This document shows positions 9,153 through 19,375 of a DNA stretch of 64,000 nucleotides, piece by piece. A program made the position numbers and the translations under genes. The stretch is from NCBI GenBank assembly GCA_964612685.1, contig CAZTCF010000002.1:212-64211 (forward strand). Direction: 5' to 3'. Origin of the DNA: Candidatus Woesearchaeota archaeon (GTDB taxonomy: Archaea; Nanobdellota; Nanobdellia; Pacearchaeales; GW2011-AR1). Every line of letters begins with the position of its first letter. Position 1 is the first letter of the stretch. The notes beneath the pieces are model-generated. The model made no database searches and was not told the DNA's origin. It saw only the letters and a list, made by a program, of their open reading frames with translations.

Positions 9153-10872
9153 GGCTTATATTGTTAAGCAAAAAATAAATGGAAAGGATTATTTTTATCT
9201 AAGAAAAAGTGTCAGAAGCGGAAATAAAGTAACGAGCAAACACGTTGCATATTTAGGGACAAACAGAGAAGAGGCTGAGAAAAAATATGCAGAAATGATT
9301 AAAAACATTGATTTGAATAAAAAAGAAATTAAAATGGAAAATGAAGAAAAAAACTCAGAAGAAATTGTTGAAGAAAGAGAAGTAAAACCAGAAGAAAAAT
9401 TAAATGAAATAAATTCAATTGCAAGCAAAAGAGGAATCTTTTTTCAAACAGCAAATATTTATGGAGGAAAAGCGGGATTTTTCACTTATGGGCATCTTGG
9501 AAAAATTTTAAAAATGAATTGGGAGAATCTTTGGAGAAAAAATATCTTGGCACTAAACGATAATTTTTATGAAATACAAGGAAATAATATTCTTCCAGAG
9601 CCAGTATTTAAGGCATCTGGACATATAGAAAACTTTAATGATCCAATGACTGAATGTAAAAAATGCCATTTTAGATTCAGAGCAGATACTTTCTTAGAAG
9701 ATAATGGAGTTGAAAATGCAGGATCTATTTCAATCGAGAAAATGAATGAGAAAATGGATGAATTAAAGCTTAAATGCCCAAAATGCGGTGGAGAATTAAT
9801 TCCAATAAAACAGTTTAACATGATGTTTCCGGTAAATATAGGATTCAATGAAGAAAAAGCATATCTTAGCCCAGAAACTGCACAGGCAGCTTATCTTGCA
9901 TTTAAAGAAGAATTCCAGGCAACAAGGAATAAACTTCCTCTGGGGTTAGCAATTATAGATAAAGCATACAGAAATGAAATATCCCCAAGACAAATGTTCT
10001 TCAGATTAAGAGAATTCTCACAAGCAGAATTACAAATATTCTTTGATCCAGATAAAATAAATGAACATGAACAATGGGAAGAAGTTAAAAAGGGTAAATT
10101 AAGAATTAAATTTGCAGATAAAGAATCTGTTGAGGAAGTTGAATGTGAAGAATTAAACAAAAAATTTGAGATTCCTAAATTCTATTTATTCCACGCTTTA
10201 AAAGTCCAAAATTTTTATTTGAAAATTCTTAAGATTCCTAAAGAAAAATTCAGGTTAAGAGAATTAAACAAAGAAGAAAGAGCATTTTATAATAAGTTAC
10301 ATTTTGATGTAGAAGTTCTTTTAGACACTCTGGGAGGATTTAAAGAAGTTGGAGGAATACACTATAGAACAGATCATGATTTACTAGGACATAGCAAGAT
10401 TTCTGGAAAAGATTTAACTGTTTCCTACGAAGATAAAAAGATTCTTCCACATATTTTAGAATTAAGTTTTGGTGTGGATAGAAATGTCTGGACTTTACTT
10501 GATATTTTCTATTCTTTAGGAAAAGAGGGAAGCATGTTTAAATTTCCTCCAAGAATCTCTCCAGTAAAAGCAGCGGTCTTTCCCTTAGTTAAAAGAGAGG
10601 ACTTTGAAAAGATTGCAGATGAAATTGTAAAAGATTTAAGAGAAGAATTTAATATTGCATATGATAAATCTGGAAGCATTGGTAGAAGGTATGCTAGAAA
10701 TGATGAGATAGGAACCCCTTTTTGTATAACAATAGACGATGATTCTTTGAAAAACAAAGATATAACAATTCGAGATAGAAATTCAAGAGTTCAAAAAAGA
10801 GTTAAAATTGAAAAACTAAGAGAGATTTTAAGAAATTTGGTAAACGAAAAGATTTCTTTTAAAGAAATATAA
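9151..10872 (+). CDS. glyS: Glycyl-tRNA synthetase (alpha2 type) with ~80 aa N-terminal extension
   Basis: IYGG..GFFTYG, VFKASGH..NFNDPM, YLSPETAQ, YRNEISPRQ..FRLREFSQAE, ELSFGVDR, SGSIGRRYARNDEIGTPFCITID. Confidence 0.95.
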   Translation: MAYIVKQKINGKDYFYLRKSVRSGNKVTSKHVAYLGTNREEAEKKYAEMIKNIDLNKKEIKMENEEKNSEEIVEEREVKPEEKLNEINSIASKRGIFFQTANIYGGKAGFFTYGHLGKILKMNWENLWRKNILALNDNFYEIQGNNILPEPVFKASGHIENFNDPMTECKKCHFRFRADTFLEDNGVENAGSISIEKMNEKMDELKLKCPKCGGELIPIKQFNMMFPVNIGFNEEKAYLSPETAQAAYLAFKEEFQATRNKLPLGLAIIDKAYRNEISPRQMFFRLREFSQAELQIFFDPDKINEHEQWEEVKKGKLRIKFADKESVEEVECEELNKKFEIPKFYLFHALKVQNFYLKILKIPKEKFRLRELNKEERAFYNKLHFDVEVLLDTLGGFKEVGGIHYRTDHDLLGHSKISGKDLTVSYEDKKILPHILELSFGVDRNVWTLLDIFYSLGKEGSMFKFPPRISPVKAAVFPLVKREDFEKIADEIVKDLREEFNIAYDKSGSIGRRYARNDEIGTPFCITIDDDSLKNKDITIRDRNSRVQKRVKIEKLREILRNLVNEKISFKEI

Positions 10873-10971
10873 TTAATTTTATCGAGGATAAATATTAATA
10901 TTTAATTAATTTGCAAAACACTTATAAAGTTTTAAGGATTTACAATACCAATTAAACATGAGGTGATAAGA

Positions 10972-11049
10972 ATGGCTAAGAAAAAAGCTGCAAAAAAAGT
11001 AGCTAAAAAACCAGCTAAGAAAAAAGCTGCGAAGAAAAAGAGAAAGTAA
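10972..11049 (+). CDS. 25-aa Lys/Ala-rich basic peptide (histone H1 tail-like)
   Basis: MAKKKAAKKVAKKPAKKKAAKKKRK*; SD GAGGTGA upstream; T-rich tract downstream; below ORF track cutoff. Confidence 0.8.
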   Translation: MAKKKAAKKVAKKPAKKKAAKKKRK

Positions 11050-11050
11050 A

Positions 11051-11085
11051 TCTCTTTTTTTCTATTTCTTTATTTTTTAATTTTT
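11051..11085 (+). terminator. Oligo-T archaeal-type terminator
   Basis: TCTCTTTTTTTCTATTTCTTTATTTTTTAATTTTT directly after the peptide stop. Confidence 0.5.
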
Positions 11086-11133
11086 GATTAGTAAGATTTA
11101 TTAAATCAATTCTTCTTTTCATTGTATAAAAAG

Positions 11134-12117
11134 ATGGTAAAAATAGCAATTAATGGTTTAGGAAGAATTGGTAGAGCTGTTTTGAAAATAGCAATTGAAA
11201 AGGGAATAAATGTTGTAGCAATAAATGATTTAGCTAGCATTGAATCAATTGTATACTTGATGAAACACGATTCTGTATATGGGAACTATGAAGGAAAAAT
11301 AGAATTTGGTGAGAATTTCATAAAAATAAACAGGAAAAAGATACTTGTCTTCTCAGAAAAAGAACCTGAAAATTTACCCTGGGGAGAATTGGGAGTAGAT
11401 GTGGTTGTTGAATCAACAGGAAAATTTACAGATAGAGAGGGGGCAAACAAGCACCTTTGGGGAGGAGCAAAGAAAGTTTTAATTTCTGCTCCAGGAAAAA
11501 ATCCGGATATCACAGTGGTTTTAGGGGTTAATGAAAACCAACTAAAAAAAGAACACAAAATAATCTCTATGGCATCCTGTACAACTAATTGCCTAGCCCC
11601 AATTGTTAAGGTTCTTAATGATAATTTCAAAATTGAAAGAGGATATATGACGACAGTACATGCATATACCAATGACCAGGTTATTTTAGATGTTCCCCAT
11701 AAAAAATTAAGAAGGGGGAGAGCAGGAGCAGTAAACCTTATACCTACAACTTCTGGAGCAGCAACTTCTGTTGTTGAAGTAATTCCAGAACTAAAAGGAA
11801 AACTAGATGGATTAGCAATAAGAGCTCCAGTTCCTTGCGGGAGTATAACCGACTTTGTAGCGGTATTAAATGCTCAAGTTACAAAAGAGCAAGTTAATAC
11901 AGCCTTAAAGAATGCTTCAGAAAAAGAATTAAAAGGAATATTAGAATACTCTGAAGAAGAACTAGTCTCATCAGACATAATAAAAAATCCAAGTTCTTCA
12001 ATTGTTGATTCTATCCTAACCCAAGCCAATGGAAACCTGGTTAAAGTTCTCTCTTGGTATGATAATGAGTACGGGTATTCAAATAGAATAGTTGAACTCA
12101 TCAAACGTTTAAGATAA
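11134..12117 (+). CDS. gap: Glyceraldehyde-3-phosphate dehydrogenase, class I (bacterial type)
   Basis: INGLGRIGR, ASCTTNCLAP, SWYDNEYGYS; ATG 11134 preferred over TTG 11122. Confidence 0.96.
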   Translation: MVKIAINGLGRIGRAVLKIAIEKGINVVAINDLASIESIVYLMKHDSVYGNYEGKIEFGENFIKINRKKILVFSEKEPENLPWGELGVDVVVESTGKFTDREGANKHLWGGAKKVLISAPGKNPDITVVLGVNENQLKKEHKIISMASCTTNCLAPIVKVLNDNFKIERGYMTTVHAYTNDQVILDVPHKKLRRGRAGAVNLIPTTSGAATSVVEVIPELKGKLDGLAIRAPVPCGSITDFVAVLNAQVTKEQVNTALKNASEKELKGILEYSEEELVSSDIIKNPSSSIVDSILTQANGNLVKVLSWYDNEYGYSNRIVELIKRLR

Positions 12118-12150
12118 GACTTAATTAAAGTCCCTAAGCATAAAACAAAA

Positions 12151-13269
12151 ATGAAAACTCTAAATGATTTTGATTTCAAAGGAAAAACGGTCTTGCTTAG
12201 ATCTGATTTAAATTCTGATGTTCAGAATAAAAAACTTCTAAAATCAGAAAGAATAAAAGAAGCCTCAATAACAATAAATGAATTAAAGAAAAAGAAAGCA
12301 AAATTAGTAATTCTTGCACACCAAGGAAGACCGGGGGATGAGGATTTTATCTCATTAAAGCAACACTGCAAACAATTAAACAAATATTCTAAAGTTACGT
12401 TTGTTGAAGACATTATTGGAGAAAAAGCAGAAAAGAAAATAAAAGAATTGAAGGAAGGGGAAGCAATACTCCTAGAAAACGTTAGAAATCTTAAAGAAGA
12501 ATTTGATACAAAACCAAACGCACTTACAAATTTCTTTTCTAAAAACTTTGAAATTTATGTTAATGATGCCTTCTCTGTATGCCATAGACCTCAAGCTTCT
12601 ATACTCCTACCAAAATACATTAAAAAAAGTTGTGCTGGAAGAATATTAGAAAGAGAAGTTAATGCTTTAAAAAAATTAAAATTAAACGGAACCCTTTATA
12701 TCTTAGGGGGAGCAAAGCCGGAAGATAACGTTAAACTTCTTGGAAAAAATAAAGTTTTAAGTTGTGGGCTGTTTGGACAAGTATGTTTAATGAATAAAGG
12801 TAAAAAATTAGGAGAACAAGAGAACTATCTTAGAAGCAGAAAAATATTCATAGATATCCCAAAAGAAAAATTAACCCAAGTTGAAACCCCCTCGGACTTT
12901 GCAGTTAATATAAAAGGTAAGAGAAAAGAAATTCCTGTTGAAAACTTCCCAAATGAAAATGAAATATTTGACATAGGAGAAATAACTCAAAAGAAGTATG
13001 TTCAAGAAATAAAAAATGCAGGTGCAATATACATGAAGGGACCTGCTGGAGATTGCAGTAAAAAACAATTTACAAAAGGAACATTTACAATTCTAAATGC
13101 AGTTGCAAATAGCAAGGCATTTTCGGTTATCGGGGGAGGACATTTAAGCGATGCAATTAAAGCCTCTAAAGTAGATGTAAAAAAATTTGGACATATAAGT
13201 TTAAGCGGGGGAGCTTTATTGAATTACATTGCAGGTGAAAAACTCCCAGGACTTGAAGTTTTAAAATAA
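12151..13269 (+). CDS. pgk: Phosphoglycerate kinase
   Basis: RSDLNS, AHQGRP, LLENVR, YVNDAFSVCHR, LGGAK, HISLSGGA. Confidence 0.95.
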   Translation: MKTLNDFDFKGKTVLLRSDLNSDVQNKKLLKSERIKEASITINELKKKKAKLVILAHQGRPGDEDFISLKQHCKQLNKYSKVTFVEDIIGEKAEKKIKELKEGEAILLENVRNLKEEFDTKPNALTNFFSKNFEIYVNDAFSVCHRPQASILLPKYIKKSCAGRILEREVNALKKLKLNGTLYILGGAKPEDNVKLLGKNKVLSCGLFGQVCLMNKGKKLGEQENYLRSRKIFIDIPKEKLTQVETPSDFAVNIKGKRKEIPVENFPNENEIFDIGEITQKKYVQEIKNAGAIYMKGPAGDCSKKQFTKGTFTILNAVANSKAFSVIGGGHLSDAIKASKVDVKKFGHISLSGGALLNYIAGEKLPGLEVLK

Positions 13270-13291
13270 AAAAGATGATAAAAAAACAAAT

Positions 13292-13969
13292 ATGAAAATA
13301 ATCCAAGCTAGAAATTATAAAGAGCTCTCAAAAATATCTTCAGAGATTATTCTTGAAGAGATAAAAAACAAACCTAATCTAACTCTTGGATTTGCAACTG
13401 GAAAAACCCCCTTACAAACCTACAAAAATCTGGTAAACGCTTACAAAAACAAAAAAGTGGATTTTTCTAAGATAAATACATTCAATTTAGATGAGTTTTA
13501 TCCAATAAAAAGCACAAATAAAAAAAGTTATTCATATTATATGTTCAACAACCTTTTCAACAAAACTAATTTCCAAAGAAAGAACATCAATCTATTAAAC
13601 GGAGAAACAAAATACCCCGAAAAAGAATCTAAGGATTATGAAGCTAAAATAAAAAAACACCCAATAGATTTACAGATTTTAGGAATAGGTTTAAACGGAC
13701 ATATTGGGTTCAATGAACCAAACACTCCTCCAAACTCAAAAACCCATTTAACAGAATTAACCCATATCAAAGGAAAAGCCCTAACGATGGGAATTTCTAC
13801 AATCCTTAAATCAAAAAAACTCCTTTTACTAGCTTCTGGTAAAAAGAAGGCAAAAATAATAAAAGATTTAATGAATTCCAAACCAAACAAAAAACTCCCA
13901 GCAAGCTTCCTTAAAAACCACAAAGATTTAACAATAATTATTGATAATGATGCAGGTTCATTATTATAA
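13292..13969 (+). CDS. nagB: Glucosamine-6-phosphate deaminase
   Basis: GFATGKTP, FNLDEF, LGIGLNGHIGFNEP, ALTMGI, LPASFL. Confidence 0.92.
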   Translation: MKIIQARNYKELSKISSEIILEEIKNKPNLTLGFATGKTPLQTYKNLVNAYKNKKVDFSKINTFNLDEFYPIKSTNKKSYSYYMFNNLFNKTNFQRKNINLLNGETKYPEKESKDYEAKIKKHPIDLQILGIGLNGHIGFNEPNTPPNSKTHLTELTHIKGKALTMGISTILKSKKLLLLASGKKKAKIIKDLMNSKPNKKLPASFLKNHKDLTIIIDNDAGSLL

Positions 13970-14139
13970 AGAGATTAACTCTTAAATTTTTAGTATTTAT
14001 CCAAAAAAATAACTTTACTCCTAATTATTAAGTACTCATATTTACAATCCTGTTACAGATAACTTAATTTAATAAGAGATTATTCATAACTTAATATTTA
14101 AAAACTATCGAGGATATATTATTTTAGAGGTAGTAAAAT

Positions 14140-15285
14140 ATGAAAAAAGGGGCAAAATTACTAATAACACCAGAAATGATTAAACCTTCTTCAAAGGAAT
14201 TAGAGGTAATTGGAACAATCAACCCTGCAGCTGCAAGGGGGAGAGATGGAAAAGTAATTCTGTACGTGAGAGTTATAGAAAGGCTAAAGGTGTTAGAAGA
14301 TAAAAAATACTTTTATTCTCCAAGGATGGTGGGAGAAAAAGATTATGAAATTAAAATAGATAAATTTCCAAGGGAAGAAGTTGCAACAAATTCCGAGTTC
14401 GATATAATATTTCATGATTCAACAAAAAGACTCACATTTATCTCCCATTTAAGAAGAGTAGTTATGGATGAATCAGGATTAAATATACTCTCAATAGACA
14501 AAAAACCTACTTTCTATGGTATATCTAGTGATTCAGAATTGGGAGTAGAAGATCCAAGAATAGTTGAGATAGAAGGAAAATATGTTATGACTTATGTAAG
14601 CCTATCAAGAAAAGAAAACATCTCAACCTCTATTGCATTCTCAGACGATTTAATTAACTGGGAGAGAAAAGGAATAATCTTTGGGGAGCAAGATAAAGAT
14701 GTAGTTTTATTCCCTGAGAAAATAAAGGGATGGTATATTGCTTTTGATAGACCAGAGGGAAATTTTCAATTTACCCCTCCGCATATATGGATAGCACAAT
14801 CTGATGATTTGCTCTGCTGGGGAAAGTTAAAATCTATAAGCATATCTAAAAAAGAAGATAAAGATTATGGAAGAATAGGCCCAGGATGCCCTCCTGTAAA
14901 AACAAATAAAGGATGGTTATTAATCTACCACTCGGTAAGAAGTGAAGATAACACTCAAAAAGAAGAAGATAAACTCTATATTTATTCTGGCTCCGCTGCA
15001 TTATTTGATTTAAAAAATCCAATAAAATTATTAGCAAAATCAGAACCCATTATATTACCCGACCAAGAATATGAACTTGAATTATACCAAAAGAAGAGAG
15101 TAGTTTTTCCCACAGGAATTGTTGTAGATAAAAATGGAAAAGATTTGTTAATTTATTCTGGAGGAAGAGATGTTGTAACAAGTGTAAGAAAGATTTCAAT
15201 GGAAAAGATAATGGATGCCTTAAAAGAAGTGAATAAAAACAACAAGAAAGAAAAATCCAAAAGTAAACCAAAAAAGAAAAAATGA
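14140..15285 (+). CDS. GH130-like glycoside phosphorylase/hydrolase (five-bladed propeller)
   Basis: INPAA, GVEDPRI, DKDVVLFPEKI, RIGPGCPP, GWLLIYH, VVFPTG. Confidence 0.85.
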   Translation: MKKGAKLLITPEMIKPSSKELEVIGTINPAAARGRDGKVILYVRVIERLKVLEDKKYFYSPRMVGEKDYEIKIDKFPREEVATNSEFDIIFHDSTKRLTFISHLRRVVMDESGLNILSIDKKPTFYGISSDSELGVEDPRIVEIEGKYVMTYVSLSRKENISTSIAFSDDLINWERKGIIFGEQDKDVVLFPEKIKGWYIAFDRPEGNFQFTPPHIWIAQSDDLLCWGKLKSISISKKEDKDYGRIGPGCPPVKTNKGWLLIYHSVRSEDNTQKEEDKLYIYSGSAALFDLKNPIKLLAKSEPIILPDQEYELELYQKKRVVFPTGIVVDKNGKDLLIYSGGRDVVTSVRKISMEKIMDALKEVNKNNKKEKSKSKPKKKK

Positions 15286-16400
15286 AAGACAATACCAAAC
15301 TAGCCTATCAAAAAGCAGTATCCTGCTTAAAAGCATGCTCAACCCCAAATGGAATGTTTGCATCCGGAGCTAAAGATGGATATGATGCAATCTGGTCAAG
15401 AGATTCCATGATAAGTTCTTTAGGAGCAAGTCTGATAAAAACAAAAAAAGAAAAACAAACATTAAAGAATACTTTCAAGGAAAGCATAAAAACCTTAAAA
15501 TACGGACAAAGTAAAAATGGACAGATACCAAATTGTGTTGATAAATTTTCAAAAAGAGACCCACATGTAGATTTCAAGACAATAGATTCTTCTTTATGGT
15601 ATATAATCGGAAATTACATTTACAAAGAAAGATATAATGCTAATTTATTCTTCCTATCAAAAAAGTGTTCAATAAAAAAGACCCTGAAATGGTTAAGATG
15701 CCAAGATACTGGAGAAAATGGACTTCCCACACAACTTCCAACCTCAGACTGGCAGGATGCTTTCCCCCATAGATATGGATATACAATAAACACTCAAGCA
15801 CTTTATTACAAAGTATTGAACCTTCTTGGAAAAACAAAAGAAGCAGAAAAACTAAAAAAGATAATCAATGAAGATAAAGAAGATGGATTATGGGAAGGGG
15901 ATTTTTATCTTCCCTACAGATGGAAGAACCATGGAGTTTATAGAGAAGTAGGAGATTGGTTTGATTCTCTTGGAAATCTTCTAGCAATAATATTTGATTT
16001 AGCTGACAAAAAAAGAGCTGAAAAAATACTAAGCTATATTGAAAAAAATAAAATAAATCAACCTTATCCTGTGAGAGTTATTTACCCTCCTATAACTGAA
16101 GATAGTCCACACTGGCAAAGTTATTTTTTAGATTGTGATGCAGGTACTCCCCATCATTATAGCAATGGAGGAATCTGGGGATATGTTGGAGGATTCTATA
16201 TTCTTGCATTAATCAAAATGAATAAAATGAAAAGAGCAGAAGAAGAATTGAAAAAGTTAGCTGAAAGAAACTTAAATGGAGATTTTCCTGAATGGACAAA
16301 CCCCTTAACTAAAGAACACCATGGAAATGTTCAAGCTTGGGAAGCAGGAATGTATATTCTTGCATACGAATCACTTAAAGCGAAAAAGGTTTTGATTTAG
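15282..16400 (+). CDS. (alpha/alpha)6 glycoside hydrolase, GH100 invertase / amylo-alpha-1,6-glucosidase-like
   Basis: IWSRDS, GQIP, DSSLWYI, FDSLGNLLAI, YSNGGIW, FPEW, QAW. Confidence 0.78.
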   Translation: MKDNTKLAYQKAVSCLKACSTPNGMFASGAKDGYDAIWSRDSMISSLGASLIKTKKEKQTLKNTFKESIKTLKYGQSKNGQIPNCVDKFSKRDPHVDFKTIDSSLWYIIGNYIYKERYNANLFFLSKKCSIKKTLKWLRCQDTGENGLPTQLPTSDWQDAFPHRYGYTINTQALYYKVLNLLGKTKEAEKLKKIINEDKEDGLWEGDFYLPYRWKNHGVYREVGDWFDSLGNLLAIIFDLADKKRAEKILSYIEKNKINQPYPVRVIYPPITEDSPHWQSYFLDCDAGTPHHYSNGGIWGYVGGFYILALIKMNKMKRAEEELKKLAERNLNGDFPEWTNPLTKEHHGNVQAWEAGMYILAYESLKAKKVLI

Positions 16401-17428
16401 AATTCTTTTGGAAGTAGTTTTTTCAATTCATTTGTATTAATTTTATATGCTCTTATAAAAGAATCGTTAACATGTGCATACAATATCCCTTCATCTTTTC
16501 CACTTCTTAAAAAATCTGAACTAAATGTAATTGTTCTTGCATCGGGATCCTCAAATAAACATTCGGGTGCAATCCAAGGAACTTTTCCAGTTTCAGGATT
16601 ATAAATTATCAATCCAGGCCTAAATTTTCCATGAACTTTTTCTCCATTAACAATCTTTTTGACTTCCCTCCCATTTATTATACCCACGACTAAATCTTTA
16701 TTTTTAAGAGAAATAAAATCCCTAGGAAAAAGAATCATTGGAGAAGTTTCCCCCTTACACCAAGAATATTTCATTTTTCTAGGATCTAAAACAATCTCCT
16801 TAAATTTCCACTCCCCTCCAAGTTCTTTTCCTTCAGCCGAAATAGTTACTGACAATTCATCATTATTAATCACAAGTTGAGCTTCACTTAAATTAATCCT
16901 ATATCCTTTTTTATTTATAGGGGAGATTGTAACTTCCTTAAATCCTCTGAATTCTCCAACAGGAGATAAAACGGGTTCCGTTGCAGTTAATTTTTCTATT
17001 GAAGCCCCTTGAGCATGTCCCAAATAAACTGCATATCCCACTTTTTCTTTGTACTTAAAAGCAATCGTAAAATAAACATGCTTAATTTTTCCCTCATTTA
17101 TTATATCGGGATCTTCTAACCCAATAAAATATTTATCCTTCCCGGATAATTTTCTTATTACCTCGTTAATTCCCTTTATCTCCAAATCCCCTCTCTTTTT
17201 CCATTTTAACCCCTCCTTGCTTTCAACAACTATTAATTTACTCTCATCAATAAATCCTGGCTTATCTGGAGTTCCCTGACTCTTAGTAATCTCCCTTGCT
17301 AAACCAAGATAAGGATTCTTTGTTTCCTTATCAATTGAAATCGCCATTACTCTCTGTTCAGCTTTAACTGTCCCAAAAACAGGTTCAGAATACATAGAAA
17401 CAGCATTATTTAATTTCACCAATTTCAT
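16397..17428 (-). CDS. Divergent five-bladed propeller glycosidase-like protein
   Basis: GLEDPDI motif like GH130/GH43 clan; context. Confidence 0.55.
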   Translation of the reverse strand: MKLVKLNNAVSMYSEPVFGTVKAEQRVMAISIDKETKNPYLGLAREITKSQGTPDKPGFIDESKLIVVESKEGLKWKKRGDLEIKGINEVIRKLSGKDKYFIGLEDPDIINEGKIKHVYFTIAFKYKEKVGYAVYLGHAQGASIEKLTATEPVLSPVGEFRGFKEVTISPINKKGYRINLSEAQLVINNDELSVTISAEGKELGGEWKFKEIVLDPRKMKYSWCKGETSPMILFPRDFISLKNKDLVVGIINGREVKKIVNGEKVHGKFRPGLIIYNPETGKVPWIAPECLFEDPDARTITFSSDFLRSGKDEGILYAHVNDSFIRAYKINTNELKKLLPKEF

Positions 17429-17458
17429 TATTAATTAAATATAGAGAGTTATTTAAAA

Positions 17459-18652
17459 TTACTCTTTTAATTCTAGAACTTCTTGTTCATCAGATTCTTC
17501 TTCAGATTCTTCCTCGTTCATATCAAATTCTTCTTTTATTATATCAAGCATCCTCTTAGCTATAACATTGTAATCAAAATTAGCAACGGCATGTTCTCTT
17601 CCTGCCATTCCCATCTCTTCTCTTAAATTTTTATCCATCAATAACATTTGAGTATATTTCTTCAAATCATCCACATTAGCCCTATATCCAAATGTTTTTG
17701 GGACTGTGAATTTCATCTTGCTTTGTTCATTAAATCCCATATAAGGATAAACCCATTCCTCACTCAGCTTAACTTCCTCTGCAACTCCGGCTAAAAATCC
17801 TGTCTTCCCATGAATTATTGTCTCTGCAGGCCCTCCCACATTTATTGAAATAACCGGTTTACCACAAGCCATTGCCTCAACCTGTATCATCCCAAACCCT
17901 TCTATTCTTGAAGGAGCTGCATAAATATCACACGCGTTAAGCATATTAGCTACAAATTCTGGTGAAAAGGTATCATCTAAGAATATTATTTTTTCCCTTA
18001 TATCTAATTCTTCGGCAAGAATCTCCTCAAATTCCCTCCATTTTTCTGCACACTCACTTGGCCAGGATTTACACACATAAACCCAATCTTTGAATTCTTT
18101 GTTTATTTCAGCTAAAGCTTTCATCATCTCCTGAGCACCCTTTGAGGTAACATCTCCTCCCATAGTTAAAATCATTGTTTCATTATCCTTTACTCCTAAA
18201 AGTCTTCTTAATTTAAGATTCTCTTCAGGATTATTGTTTGGTTTGAAAAGTTTTGTATCAATACCTATATGCATTGGAATAATTTTAGATACATCCACCC
18301 CATCTCTTTCATAAATACTTCTTACCCAGGCACTTGTTGTGAACATTAATCTTAATTTTTCAAATTCTTCTCTGTAATTAGCAACCCATCCATCTGCATT
18401 AAACCAAGGAATCACAATATGTCCGTAATGTTGTGTGTCTTGAACAATTTCAGGAACATTTCCCCAGAAACCTATTCCAATAACAAAATCAGGTTTTAAG
18501 TATTTTAAATAAAATTCTTTCTGAATACTTTCTTTGTAATGACATTCAAAAACTTCTACTCCAAGATTTCTTAATCCACGAGCCAAATAATGCCCTTGAA
18601 GACTTACCCCGTCAGATTCAACAGGATAAGGATAAAGTAATAAACATCTCAT
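17459..18652 (-). CDS. GT4 family glycosyltransferase
   Basis: GIDTKLF, PSRIEGFGMIQVEAMACGKPVI, GGPAETI. Confidence 0.92.
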   Translation of the reverse strand: MRCLLLYPYPVESDGVSLQGHYLARGLRNLGVEVFECHYKESIQKEFYLKYLKPDFVIGIGFWGNVPEIVQDTQHYGHIVIPWFNADGWVANYREEFEKLRLMFTTSAWVRSIYERDGVDVSKIIPMHIGIDTKLFKPNNNPEENLKLRRLLGVKDNETMILTMGGDVTSKGAQEMMKALAEINKEFKDWVYVCKSWPSECAEKWREFEEILAEELDIREKIIFLDDTFSPEFVANMLNACDIYAAPSRIEGFGMIQVEAMACGKPVISINVGGPAETIIHGKTGFLAGVAEEVKLSEEWVYPYMGFNEQSKMKFTVPKTFGYRANVDDLKKYTQMLLMDKNLREEMGMAGREHAVANFDYNVIAKRMLDIIKEEFDMNEEESEEESDEQEVLELKE

Positions 18653-18660
18653 TTTAATTT

Positions 18661-19287
18661 TTATTTTCTCAAATCAAATGCTTCGATTTCTTTGCAAGAT
18701 TCTTCTTCAAATCCTCCCTTCTTGTATCCATAAACCTCTTCAATTATCATTTTCTTCATTTTAAGATAAGGTTTTTTTAATTTTATAAGTTTATCTGCAT
18801 TAGAGTTGTATATTGCATATCCCTGATACTTATTTTTAATTTTCTTGTAAGAGAAAAAATAAATTTCCTCTGCAAGCAATAATCCTCTACGCAACATCTC
18901 CTCTACAGCTTTGTGCACATCCAAGTGTCTTACATGTCCATATTCACCTTTTTTCCCATGTGTATAAAGAGCATCATATAACTTATTCTGGGTTACTTCT
19001 AAAATTCTTTTTATTATCTCTTCTGAAGAAACTTCTTTGTATACTCCTGATTCTTCTCCATCATCTAAATCAAAAATATATCCTTTAACCCCTAAAACCT
19101 CACAGGCTTTTTTGAATTTAGGGTATCTATCCTTATCCTCCTTTCTGCATAAAGAAATGACTGTAATATTAAATCCTCCTTTCTCCTTCATCTTCAACAA
19201 AGTTCCTCCCATCCAAATTGTCTCATCGTCTGGATGAGCAACAACAACAAGAACTTCTTTATTTTTATTCACAACACTCCTCACCAT
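18661..19287 (-). CDS. PIG-L/LmbE family N-acetylhexosamine deacetylase
   Basis: AHPDDET and GEYGHVRH metal-binding motifs. Confidence 0.9.
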   Translation of the reverse strand: MVRSVVNKNKEVLVVVAHPDDETIWMGGTLLKMKEKGGFNITVISLCRKEDKDRYPKFKKACEVLGVKGYIFDLDDGEESGVYKEVSSEEIIKRILEVTQNKLYDALYTHGKKGEYGHVRHLDVHKAVEEMLRRGLLLAEEIYFFSYKKIKNKYQGYAIYNSNADKLIKLKKPYLKMKKMIIEEVYGYKKGGFEEESCKEIEAFDLRK

Positions 19288-19375
19288 TTCTCCAACAGGA
19301 AAGTTTTTAATTAAATAAATCTTTCTACAAGGATAAAAAGAGGATGAATAAAGAGGTTATAGTTAATAATAAAAA

